This document shows, one piece after another, positions 10,159 to 19,451 of a stretch of 64,000 nucleotides of DNA (position 1 is the first letter of the stretch; each line of letters opens with the position of its first letter). The DNA comes from a virus. Below the pieces are notes generated by a model that saw only the letters and a program-made list of their open reading frames with translations, had not been told where the DNA came from and made no database searches. The translations under genes and the position numbers were made by a program. The stretch lies in the IMG/VR virus record IMGVR_UViG_3300027974_000023, positions 64,826-128,825 of that record; one strand, written 5' to 3'.

Positions 10159-10836
10159 TTATAAAAATTTTAAATTAAATTTATTTTGTTTAATTAATCT
10201 TGTCATGTGTGATGGTGACTTTTTAAATACCAAAGCTACATCTTTGATTGAATCATAGATAACATTATTTTTTAAATCAATAACTTTTTTCTTTAAAAAT
10301 TGAATTCTATGACTAATTTGATTCTCGCTTTGTTTTTTACCTAACTGAGTGTTTCTATTTATCTCTTTATGCCAGTTAGGTATTTTTTTACCATAGTTAG
10401 GATTATTTACACCACTCATTAATAAAGACATTGCTTGTTTTCTTTCAGGTGTGATTTTTTTACCATACATTGGATTTTTACTACCTAATCTAGATATGGA
10501 TATTTTATTTCTTGTTTCATTGCTTATATTGCAAACTCCTTCACCACCATCAGTTAAATTAACAAGTGTACCCTTACCTATATCTTTTCTTCCATATAGA
10601 GCAATAAACTCAATTTCTTTAGAAACACATTCTTCTTTTGTCAAGTCTTCTAAAACTATTTTAATTTTATATTCAGGATTATTTTTAACAATATTCAACC
10701 AATAATTATTTCTACCAGTTTTATGATAGGCTCTATTATATTTCCATTTTTTTTGATATTTACCTATACCGATATAAAAAACCTCATTTTTATCAGGTCT
10801 TATATGTCTGTATATATAGTATACATTTTCTTGCAT
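10159..10836 (-). CDS. free-standing GIY-YIG/NUMOD3 homing endonuclease
   Basis: YYIYRHIRPD...FYIGIG, EIEFI, LVNLTDGGEG, NPMYGKK repeats. Confidence 0.85.
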   Translation of the reverse strand: MQENVYYIYRHIRPDKNEVFYIGIGKYQKKWKYNRAYHKTGRNNYWLNIVKNNPEYKIKIVLEDLTKEECVSKEIEFIALYGRKDIGKGTLVNLTDGGEGVCNISNETRNKISISRLGSKNPMYGKKITPERKQAMSLLMSGVNNPNYGKKIPNWHKEINRNTQLGKKQSENQISHRIQFLKKKVIDLKNNVIYDSIKDVALVFKKSPSHMTRLIKQNKFNLKFL

Positions 10837-10838
10837 AA

Positions 10839-13800
10839 CTATCTTATATTTTTAAATGGAGATCTATTTATATTCTTTCCTCCTGATGAACTACCTGCAC
10901 TCCTACCCATGTGACGGAAAGGACTACTACTTAATTTATACAAATTTTCTGACTTTTGCAAGTTTTTAGCCGTATCATCCATGATAACTCTTTTACTATA
11001 ACCTCTATTAGCTTGCTGAATTCTCATGAAAGCAACCATTGCACAGAAGGCAACAAGTCTATCCACATTGACTCCATCTGAGTATGCAGCCATTTCTTTT
11101 AATAACATAATGTCTGGTATTCTTTCAATACCATATTTAGTTCTTACAATAGTACCATCAGATTTAGTTTCTACATCAAGTTCTTCTTTAGTGTACTCAA
11201 TAGCATAACTTAGTAAGTGAGCTTTAAATAATGTTCCAGTATTCTTCCAACCATACTCCTGATACACTGAATTATTAGATCCCAGGTCTTTTAAGAACAT
11301 TATTTGACTTTTTGGTACTAAGTACTTCTGCTTCTTTCTAGAGATCATATACTGAATAAATAATGAGATGTTATTCTCAATTACTGTCCAGGCATTATAC
11401 CACTCAATAATTGTCTCCAGTCTTTGGTGTGTTTTGTTAATATCATCAAACCTTCCGCACCATGCAGCTACAATCTTATCTGGTTCTATGTATGTTTCAG
11501 TTTCTATACCGGTAACCTTTGTTACTTCTACAGGAGCTTTCATAATATAGATAGAACATAATGATTCAGATGTGGTTGTATTATGTGTAACCAAAGCATG
11601 TTCTGTAACATAAAGATTATCTGGTGCATCAACTGATATACAAATCGCTTCTCCATCATTAATGCATTCTATATTTGTTATGTATCTGCTAAATACTTTT
11701 GATGGTTTGTATATATCTCTTTTTCTTTTCAATCTAAAAGGTGTCAAGCCTTCAGGTAATAAAACTCTTACAATATATGAATTTAGATGAGTTGTTTTTT
11801 TACATCTTATTTTTGCTATTCCTCCAAGTGATTGTACTAATTCAACAACTTGATAAGCCATTATTTTTGATGATGAATAAAATTCAGCACCATGATTTGA
11901 ATAAGAACCATCTGTATCCATTAAACCTTGCAATAAAAGAAATCTTGAGTATATAGTTGAATACATATATTGATGAGGTATATGTTTATCTTCAGATCTT
12001 CTACCTTTTAAATCTAAGGCTTTTAATTTTTGTGTTAATGAATTTCTTGAACCAGTTTTTTTTACAATTGTATAATCACAATTTGAATTTTTTACTTTTT
12101 TTATTAATAGATCATCATCTAACAGGTGTTCAATATAAGTAATTAATTCTTCATCAACTGTACTAAATCTAATAGATTTTTGTGATAACCCTCCATCACC
12201 TAAAAGTAAACCTAACAAGTAAGGATGAATAGATAACTTTGCTGAACCCTTAAAGAAAACTGGTTTAGTAATAGGGATAGACCATTTATTTCTATTTTGC
12301 TTATCCTTATAATAAGTAGAAATTGTGTATTCTTTTTTAATATTTTTACCCGTGCCTGTATAAGTAATTGTTTTAGTATTGTCTAATAAATCTTTTACAG
12401 AAAGAGTAATGTATCCTTTTGTACCACCATTCAATTTTACATTCCATAAGTGATCTTCACATACTTTAATACTGTGTCCATCACTAAATGTAATTTTACA
12501 TAATTCTTTAATACCTTGAGGATATACACCAATTACATTTATAGGTTGACCATCAGAACCAATCACTTTATCTCCTATTTGTATATCACCTATTCTTTTT
12601 CTACCTGTTGGTGTATATAACATATTATCAACATATTCAGCTTTACCCTCAGCTACGGGGTCAATACTTGCATAGTACATTCCAAATGTAGGATTCTCTA
12701 CTGGTCTTTCCCATACTACAAGAACTCCTGTTTTATCTTCAGTATTTTTTGTAATTGGAAATTCTATAATAGGTCTTTTGTTACTGTGCTCAGGAAGTAT
12801 TTTACCGTTGGCATCTCTGCCTAAATCTAAGAATTCATAAGCATATTCTTTATCTTCAATTCTTCTTTGTTGTGCTGTTACAAGATGCATTGGGAACTTA
12901 GATATAGTTCTGTTAGCAAAAGCTTCTTCAATATTTCTTGGGTGCTGAGAGATCCTTAACTGGTAAGTTTCTGGAGCAAGTTCTTTTTTCCATTTTTCAA
13001 ACTGATCATCTAATGCTTCTAAGGCTTCTGCTACTTGAGAATTACCAAAGTTATCAATATAGGGAGGCATAGACCATTGCTCAGGTATGAATAACCCGGA
13101 TCTTCCTACAGAACCTTTATTATCTAATAAGTCTGTTTCTACAGAATAGATATCATTTTCTTTTGGATACAGAATCATTTTTCTCAATGGTTCACACTGA
13201 GACAAATCCCCTACGGATCCTGCTGCTATAAATACACCAGTAGTAGTTAAACCAGATCTCATGGCTGGGCGCATGTACTCATAAGTATTATCCATCCTTG
13301 GAGCAATCCCTGCTTCTTCATGAAAGAAGTATTTAACCGGACCCCCTACACCATTTGTTGGATCTTTTTCAAATGACATACCTTGGATAGTACCTTTAAG
13401 ACCTACTTCTGTTTTTCTGTCTCCTCTTCTTACCTCAATCTTCTGTTGCCACATCATTACCTTGTCTGGAGACATAGGTCTATACCATGCTGTATGTTCA
13501 TTAAGAAAAGCCGCGTACTCTTGTAAAAACTTCCAGGAACCTTTCTCATTAATGTAGTCTTTAAGACTAGCACCAATCTTTAGAGTAACCCCTTCTTCAA
13601 ACCATTGTTGGTTAAGAAGCTTAGCCATGTGATAATAAGAAGAAGCTATCTGTCTTTTTTTAAGAATGGCAATATGATTATAGTTTAGTTCTGCTAGTAT
13701 CTCATATAGAGCCATGTGATATTGAGCATCCCGGATATCAGCAAAACCAAACTTTTGAATTTCTTTGTTAAAGATAGGTAAGAAGTTTAACCACATATAG

Positions 13801-14114
13801 TAATCTCTAGTCATATACCACACCTTACCTTTTTCTTTAATAAGAACACCTCTTCTGCATTTTGCTTTTTGGTCATCCCAATAACTTATAAAATCTTTAG
13901 ATTTAAAAGGAGCTGTACAGTAAACTTTGTCTTTATTAAACTTTGCAGACTCTTGTGTAAATAAACTTGTAGTAGTATCATTAAACTCATACTTACCAGG
14001 TTCTTTAAAAACATTGGTTAGCAAGTATTCATATAATTCTTCTCTGGAATTAAAGTCAGTAGAAGTCCATGTACCATTATCCCATGTAGGTATGTCTTGA
14101 TATATTTCTCTCAT
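10839..14114 (-). CDS. terL: terminase large subunit containing an intein
   Basis: Walker A-like LKKRQIASS, Walker B FFHEEAG, nuclease SIDPV, IENN and NVDRLVA motifs. Confidence 0.9.
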   Translation of the reverse strand: MREIYQDIPTWDNGTWTSTDFNSREELYEYLLTNVFKEPGKYEFNDTTTSLFTQESAKFNKDKVYCTAPFKSKDFISYWDDQKAKCRRGVLIKEKGKVWYMTRDYYMWLNFLPIFNKEIQKFGFADIRDAQYHMALYEILAELNYNHIAILKKRQIASSYYHMAKLLNQQWFEEGVTLKIGASLKDYINEKGSWKFLQEYAAFLNEHTAWYRPMSPDKVMMWQQKIEVRRGDRKTEVGLKGTIQGMSFEKDPTNGVGGPVKYFFHEEAGIAPRMDNTYEYMRPAMRSGLTTTGVFIAAGSVGDLSQCEPLRKMILYPKENDIYSVETDLLDNKGSVGRSGLFIPEQWSMPPYIDNFGNSQVAEALEALDDQFEKWKKELAPETYQLRISQHPRNIEEAFANRTISKFPMHLVTAQQRRIEDKEYAYEFLDLGRDANGKILPEHSNKRPIIEFPITKNTEDKTGVLVVWERPVENPTFGMYYASIDPVAEGKAEYVDNMLYTPTGRKRIGDIQIGDKVIGSDGQPINVIGVYPQGIKELCKITFSDGHSIKVCEDHLWNVKLNGGTKGYITLSVKDLLDNTKTITYTGTGKNIKKEYTISTYYKDKQNRNKWSIPITKPVFFKGSAKLSIHPYLLGLLLGDGGLSQKSIRFSTVDEELITYIEHLLDDDLLIKKVKNSNCDYTIVKKTGSRNSLTQKLKALDLKGRRSEDKHIPHQYMYSTIYSRFLLLQGLMDTDGSYSNHGAEFYSSSKIMAYQVVELVQSLGGIAKIRCKKTTHLNSYIVRVLLPEGLTPFRLKRKRDIYKPSKVFSRYITNIECINDGEAICISVDAPDNLYVTEHALVTHNTTTSESLCSIYIMKAPVEVTKVTGIETETYIEPDKIVAAWCGRFDDINKTHQRLETIIEWYNAWTVIENNISLFIQYMISRKKQKYLVPKSQIMFLKDLGSNNSVYQEYGWKNTGTLFKAHLLSYAIEYTKEELDVETKSDGTIVRTKYGIERIPDIMLLKEMAAYSDGVNVDRLVAFCAMVAFMRIQQANRGYSKRVIMDDTAKNLQKSENLYKLSSSPFRHMGRSAGSSSGGKNINRSPFKNIR
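11580..12641 (-). mobile_element. class 3 intein (354 aa) with LAGLIDADG endonuclease in TerL
   Basis: Begins AEYVDN (Ala1), block B EDHLW, block F AICISVD, ends LVTHN followed by Thr; LLGLLLGDGG and LQGLMDTDGS. Confidence 0.88.
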
Positions 14115-14809
14115 ATATTTATTCTTTTATAATGAAACCACTCAGGAGGATTAGTAGAACCATTTAAATATCTTCTAACTGTACTAAATGGAATATTAAT
14201 ATATTCTGATAACTCTTTACCTGAAGCAAATATAGTTTTTGTTATAGAACATATAATAGGTTTAGCATTATAATGTTTACCACCACTTGTAGATTGTTTA
14301 ATTTTTAATTTAGTATTTTCACTTAACAGCTTGCCTTTTCTATATTCACTTAATTTAAGTTTAGAATTTTCATTATGATGTTTACCTAACCATCTTGTAT
14401 TACCTTTAGCTTTTATAGAAATTCTTTCTTTTGTTTTTTCAGTATGCTTTTTTCCATAAAAAGGATTATTCAAACCTTTTGAAAAAACAATATAAGTTTT
14501 TCTTAAAGATTCATAAGTTTTTGAAGAAGGTTTATATCTTACATTTTGTTTTGTAATCACCATGCTCCACAAAGCTTTTTGCATTGCTGAAGAATTTGGA
14601 TAAATTTTAGTTAACAATAAATGTGCAATATAATGTTCTTTGGGGGTTAATAAAACAATATTAGGATGATTTGTATTTCTACAATCACCTTCACCACCAA
14701 AAGATTTAGGTTTAATATGATGTGCTTCAAAATAAGCTAAATCAGATTTATTTCTATTTTCTGATTTAGCTTTTAACATTAAATTGTAATATACTTGTCT
14801 ATAGTCCAT
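14111..14809 (-). CDS. free-standing HNH/NUMOD3 homing endonuclease
   Basis: EAHHIKPKSFGG...NIVLLTPKEHYIAH, NPFYGKKHTE. Confidence 0.88.
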   Translation of the reverse strand: MDYRQVYYNLMLKAKSENRNKSDLAYFEAHHIKPKSFGGEGDCRNTNHPNIVLLTPKEHYIAHLLLTKIYPNSSAMQKALWSMVITKQNVRYKPSSKTYESLRKTYIVFSKGLNNPFYGKKHTEKTKERISIKAKGNTRWLGKHHNENSKLKLSEYRKGKLLSENTKLKIKQSTSGGKHYNAKPIICSITKTIFASGKELSEYINIPFSTVRRYLNGSTNPPEWFHYKRINI

Positions 14810-14830
14810 AACTGTTTGATTAACAAAATA

Positions 14831-15346
14831 TTACTGGTCGTACCCCAATCCAATTCCACCTCTTACTTTGCTGGATTGTTCTTCTTGTAAGTCTTTATAT
14901 ACTCCTTTAAATGAAGCTCTGATATCATTGAAACTTTTTGCAGCGGCAATAATAGAGTTCATATTACCGTCCCTACCTGTTGTAAGAGTTGATGTTTCCA
15001 TAAACTTTGCTAATCTATCTAACATAGTTGCAATACCTTTATATGCTCTGGATGTTGGTGTTTCATACATTCTTTGACAAAATAACAAACCAATAGCAAT
15101 GTCATCATCCTCTGTAGAAAACTCAGCTTGTATTTCATGAAGAATTATAGATTCTTTATCTATTTCCGGAGTATGAAAAAATGGATTCATATCTGGATTA
15201 GGACAAGTCATGTAAAAAAAATACTGATAAATCTTTAAGTAATCATCCGGATAATTATCCATGATATCTTTTAAAGCTTTCAGTGTATAACAATGCTCTG
15301 TAGGAATTACTGCACCATTTTGTACATCAAATAATCTTACTAACAT
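14831..15346 (-). CDS. hypothetical protein, candidate terminase small subunit
   Basis: 171 aa helical protein upstream of TerL; positional inference only. Confidence 0.4.
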   Translation of the reverse strand: MLVRLFDVQNGAVIPTEHCYTLKALKDIMDNYPDDYLKIYQYFFYMTCPNPDMNPFFHTPEIDKESIILHEIQAEFSTEDDDIAIGLLFCQRMYETPTSRAYKGIATMLDRLAKFMETSTLTTGRDGNMNSIIAAAKSFNDIRASFKGVYKDLQEEQSSKVRGGIGLGYDQ

Positions 15347-15347
15347 A

Positions 15348-16187
15348 TTATTTCTTTTTAATTACTATTTTGTTGTCTTTGATATAATGCATTAAAGCAT
15401 TAACCTCATCTACAAGATACGGAATTACCATGGGAATTACATCTTTTATTACAGGATCTCCATTGTGATCTAGTTTAATAACTGGATATCCATATTCATC
15501 TTCTGAATCAACTTCAAATAAAACATGATGAATAAACATCTTTCCAGGTTTTAATCTAGGATTATGTTTAAGTATAATGTACATATAGATACTTAACTGT
15601 AAAGCATAATGATAGAAATGACAATCATCAAGATTATCTACAGGAGGTATCAATTTAGTTGATTTACCTTCCCAATTTATATAGGACTCCGTTTTAATTT
15701 CTTTAGATGTTTTATAATCAATAATATTTACTTTACCATTCACTACCTCAACTAAATCTGATTGACCACATATGCCTGCAGATTTAAGATATACCATATG
15801 TTCAGGATATACTCCTTCTTCTAGCTTCTGACTAGGTGCAAGTTTTATACCACTTTCTGTTGTTGCATTAGGAATAAAAATTGGTATATTCTTCCCGTCA
15901 ACTTCAAGAGATGCTAATGCACAAAGATCTGCTTCTCTCTGGTTGTGGTAATATGTTCCCATTGTAACAGCTCTTTCAGATTCAGTTTCCCAAATTTCTT
16001 GTATTTTCTTTGGCTCAATACCAAACCATTTAGATCTCTTGTTTTTAGAAACTTTTGCAGCAATAGACTTAGCATCAAAAGGTTTTTTAAAGTGAGCAAC
16101 TAATGTTGTTACACTTATCCAATTAAGTTTATCCTCAGCTTCTAAGCTTTTGTAAGTATGATCTGTTGCACTAAAGTATATACTCAT
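15348..16187 (-). CDS. PD-(D/E)XK nuclease
   Basis: SVTT, GTYYH, GQSDLV, IIDYKT, LQLSIY motifs. Confidence 0.8.
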   Translation of the reverse strand: MSIYFSATDHTYKSLEAEDKLNWISVTTLVAHFKKPFDAKSIAAKVSKNKRSKWFGIEPKKIQEIWETESERAVTMGTYYHNQREADLCALASLEVDGKNIPIFIPNATTESGIKLAPSQKLEEGVYPEHMVYLKSAGICGQSDLVEVVNGKVNIIDYKTSKEIKTESYINWEGKSTKLIPPVDNLDDCHFYHYALQLSIYMYIILKHNPRLKPGKMFIHHVLFEVDSEDEYGYPVIKLDHNGDPVIKDVIPMVIPYLVDEVNALMHYIKDNKIVIKKK

Positions 16188-16188
16188 C

Positions 16189-16494
16189 TTATTTAAGTTT
16201 ATCTAGTTTGTCTTCATCTTCTTCTGATACTACAGCTTTCCATCTTAGATCCGGACAATCTGATGAAAGAGATCTTACTTTAAATTTTAATGAGCACCCA
16301 CATAATTGACAACATGGTTGTGTTCCTGTTAAAGCACAAGAATCACCTTTATCATCTTTTCTTACACATGCATTACAATGCTGCATTCTAGCTGCAGCTA
16401 TCTCCTCAACAAATCTATCTCTAATAATGGAATTCTTAATACCCTCCATTATTTGTGTTCTATTTTTCCAAATTTCTTTAATTGTTGGTTTCAT
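16189..16494 (-). CDS. Cys-rich putative Zn-binding protein
   Basis: CNAC, CCQLCGC, SDCP. Confidence 0.6.
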   Translation of the reverse strand: MKPTIKEIWKNRTQIMEGIKNSIIRDRFVEEIAAARMQHCNACVRKDDKGDSCALTGTQPCCQLCGCSLKFKVRSLSSDCPDLRWKAVVSEEDEDKLDKLK

Positions 16495-16849
16495 TCTTTT
16501 TGGTTTTAAATTCTTGTTTCCTTTGTTCTTCAGCTGCTATCATTTCTTCTAATTTAATAAGAGCTTTAACTTTAACATCTAACTGCTTCTTATTATGATA
16601 TGCACTGAAGGTAGAAGTATCATGATTAGATAATACTTTTTCTGCCCTCTCAATACCTTTTCTTACTGAGAAAGGTCTTGCTGTAAAATGACCTAAACCA
16701 TCTAAGTTTATTCTTGGATGGGTTAAACCGGATAAGTTTTGTCTTAGTGTTTTATACATAAACTCTACTAAATCTTCTACCAGTGATTCCTCAATATGTA
16801 GTTCTTCAGCTACAGGTCTGTATAGTTTGTTAGATCTCTTGGGATTCAT
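16478..16849 (-). CDS. HU/IHF-like protein
   Basis: VAEEL...VEDLV, RINLDGLGHF motif. Confidence 0.55.
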   Translation of the reverse strand: MNPKRSNKLYRPVAEELHIEESLVEDLVEFMYKTLRQNLSGLTHPRINLDGLGHFTARPFSVRKGIERAEKVLSNHDTSTFSAYHNKKQLDVKVKALIKLEEMIAAEEQRKQEFKTKKNETNN

Positions 16850-17207
16850 ATCCTAAAAATTTAAAATCTAACAATACAGTTCCTTGAGTTTGTATTTTTA
16901 AATCTGGGTTCAACATAATTAGTTTTTTGTTACTCCCATCTTTTATTACTAAATTGTTTTTTTCAGCTTTATTAATACAGTTCCTTACAGTCTGTGGTGT
17001 TTTGAATATCCAATCTTCTTCTGCAGATGCATCATAACAAAAGTGTGTTAATTCAATTGGCTGATTAAAGCTTAGTAATGTAAGACAATTAAGATCAGAT
17101 TCACTCACTGTTATATGATTTACATAACAGTGAGTCAAGATCTGAAATTTAACCACATCCCATTTAGGCATCTTAACCTTTTTCTGAACTTGGTTAACTA
17201 TTGCCAT
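16830..17207 (-). CDS. putative winged-helix DNA-binding protein
   Basis: TPQTVRNCINKAEKNNLV pattern. Confidence 0.45.
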   Translation of the reverse strand: MAIVNQVQKKVKMPKWDVVKFQILTHCYVNHITVSESDLNCLTLLSFNQPIELTHFCYDASAEEDWIFKTPQTVRNCINKAEKNNLVIKDGSNKKLIMLNPDLKIQTQGTVLLDFKFLGYESQEI

Positions 17208-17210
17208 TGC

Positions 17211-17501
17211 TTAAGATTTTTTAAGTTTTCTAGCTGAAGTATCTTCTTGTTCAAAAGCTCTTTCTTCTTCCTCTTCTTCTTCACTTTTCTCTTTTGGTGA
17301 TGTATTCTCAATAAACTGTGCCCACTGATAGTTTAAAGTAGATCTTTTGAATCTTGCTTCATCAATCTCAGTTAGAAGCTTTTCATACTTTGCTTGCGCT
17401 TCTAAGTAAGGAATTGATTCCTCATAGAACTTTTTCATTTCTTCTTTTCTTGCAGTTAACTCTTCTTGAGTTAATTCTTGCTCTTCTAGTTGGTTTGACA
17501 T
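17211..17501 (-). CDS. coiled-coil hypothetical protein
   Basis: ORF track; preceded by TATCTTTG at 17525-17532. Confidence 0.6.
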   Translation of the reverse strand: MSNQLEEQELTQEELTARKEEMKKFYEESIPYLEAQAKYEKLLTEIDEARFKRSTLNYQWAQFIENTSPKEKSEEEEEEERAFEQEDTSARKLKKS

Positions 17502-17623
17502 ATTTTATACTTTTTAAGTTTAAACAAAGATACTAATAAAGTTTAAATTTTACAGGTTTAAAATAAAAAATCCAGACACTAATAGTACCTGGATTATAGT
17601 AATGTGGGTTACGGTAATGGAAG

Positions 17624-17782
17624 TTACCTATTTTTAATTGTAAAATTTAATACAGTAATTGAATAAAAGTTTCTAGTTGCATCTATTTCTATACTGAATA
17701 AATCAAGACTAGATAGTCTAAGTTTTATGATCAACTTATCCCATTGTTTAGTTGGGGATTTCCAATTGTTTCTAAATTTCAT
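17624..17782 (-). CDS. small hypothetical protein (52 aa)
   Basis: Manual translation MKFRNNWKSPTKQWDKLIIKLRL...; start overlaps upstream stop. Confidence 0.5.
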   Translation of the reverse strand: MKFRNNWKSPTKQWDKLIIKLRLSSLDLFSIEIDATRNFYSITVLNFTIKNR

Positions 17783-18372
17783 ACTTCAAATTCATTTAAT
17801 AAAACATAAGTAATTTTTTTCTGAGGTTTTAATAATTTGATCCATTCTAAATGTTTTTGCTTGTTATTAACAACCTGACAACCAGCAGACCAACTTCCAA
17901 TGTTTTCCTGCAAACCTTTAAAGTTATTGTCATAAGTAGCAGCATGAAAGTTAATACCATAACCAGCACCAATAATTGGAATCCCAATTTCTTCTGATTT
18001 TTCATCCATATCTCCATCACGAAAAACAATAAAGTTTCCTACTTGCTTTAATGCAGGCATCTTACCCATGTGTAAACCATAAGTCCACACATCATAATAC
18101 CATTCATCTGATTTAACTATTGCTGCTCCTGCTTTGTTGTATTTAAGGAAACCACCTTCTAAAATTGGAGTACCAGGATTTGTTGTACCAGATGTAACAC
18201 CAACAAAAGAAGCTTCATTAAACAAATAAAATTTATCATCAAATTTGTTTGGTGCATCTTCATTTGATCTTATACCAAGTATCCAATATCCTTTTGGGAG
18301 AGCTGTAAATGATTTTAATGACTTAACTTTATTTAAAAGTTGTACATCATTATATGTTCTTACATTAATCAT
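17779..18372 (-). CDS. putative endolysin with L,D-transpeptidase-like His/Cys motif
   Basis: GINFH...SWSAGCQV; adjacent to holin-like genes. Confidence 0.6.
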   Translation of the reverse strand: MINVRTYNDVQLLNKVKSLKSFTALPKGYWILGIRSNEDAPNKFDDKFYLFNEASFVGVTSGTTNPGTPILEGGFLKYNKAGAAIVKSDEWYYDVWTYGLHMGKMPALKQVGNFIVFRDGDMDEKSEEIGIPIIGAGYGINFHAATYDNNFKGLQENIGSWSAGCQVVNNKQKHLEWIKLLKPQKKITYVLLNEFEV

Positions 18373-18378
18373 AAAATT

Positions 18379-18609
18379 CTATTTTATTTCTGTTGATGAA
18401 TCATCAACTGTAAACTGAGACATTGCTGCTAACAAGCCTCCACCAAATGCTGCATAACCACCTGCTGTTATGATTGCTACTGGTAATGCTACGGGAGCTG
18501 TAGCTAAAACTGCTCCTATTGCTGTTAAAATTAAACCTACTCTTTGTACTTTCTTCCAAAACTTAGGTGTAGGTGCATTAAATCTTTCTTTTAAACTTAA
18601 CTCTTTCAT
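18379..18609 (-). CDS. holin-like membrane protein
   Basis: Two hydrophobic segments after TPKFWKK. Confidence 0.6.
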   Translation of the reverse strand: MKELSLKERFNAPTPKFWKKVQRVGLILTAIGAVLATAPVALPVAIITAGGYAAFGGGLLAAMSQFTVDDSSTEIK

Positions 18610-18613
18610 ATGT

Positions 18614-18913
18614 TTATTTATTGATTACAAACTGTCTTACAGCATCTGAAAGCTCACTTACATTTCTTGCAAGATTTTTTATTTCTAACTGTGTTTGTTC
18701 TTGGATAGCTTGATATTTAAGTCTTGCTTCTTGCTCAACTAGTTCAATCTTTCCTTTTAATTTACCAAGTTCCTCAGCATGATGTTGAGCTCCCTTTAGT
18801 AAAATTTCAATGTCTTTTCTTGTATCATTATAGGCATTCTTTAAAAAGAAACCAAAAGCAGTAATAATTGTTGCTGCTATGAATATTACAATTGTTAGTG
18901 TACTTGCATCCAT
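18614..18913 (-). CDS. membrane-anchored coiled-coil protein (lysis module)
   Basis: N-terminal TM helix plus coiled coil. Confidence 0.5.
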   Translation of the reverse strand: MDASTLTIVIFIAATIITAFGFFLKNAYNDTRKDIEILLKGAQHHAEELGKLKGKIELVEQEARLKYQAIQEQTQLEIKNLARNVSELSDAVRQFVINK

Positions 18914-18968
18914 GTAAAATAAGTTTATAAAATGTATATAATAATATACAAAAAATTTTAAAATAAAC

Positions 18969-19448
18969 CTATAAAAAATACGTATCTCTTACTTCTACAG
19001 GAACATTATCCATAGCTTGAAACATCTCAAATAAGATAGGTCTCTGAGTAATAGCTAATTCATAAATTTCATCTAATGCAGCTTGCTCATTAGGAAAAGT
19101 AAAATTGCTTGCAAGGTAATCTGATATTTCAGGATCAGATGGTCTTAAACAAACAGTAGCCTGTAAATCGGGCTCAATAAAATAACTTGTTTCTAATGTA
19201 AATTGTTTTTTCTCTATAGGAAATTGAATTACAACAGGATTATGGTCAATTTCAGGAAGCGTTAATAACCACGCATCACAACCAATTAATTGTGCTTGTT
19301 GTAAAGTACATCCGTTTACTTCTTCATTTGAAATAAACTTTTTACCATCTGCATCAATTTGTATGTTAAAAAATTGACCGTTAAAACCCCAAACTTGACC
19401 TTCTAAGGCAGTTGCTTGTGTTTCGTTTAATTGTCTTACTTTAATCAT
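18969..19448 (-). CDS. hypothetical protein
   Basis: ORF track. Confidence 0.5.
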   Translation of the reverse strand: MIKVRQLNETQATALEGQVWGFNGQFFNIQIDADGKKFISNEEVNGCTLQQAQLIGCDAWLLTLPEIDHNPVVIQFPIEKKQFTLETSYFIEPDLQATVCLRPSDPEISDYLASNFTFPNEQAALDEIYELAITQRPILFEMFQAMDNVPVEVRDTYFL

Positions 19449-19451
19449 AGT

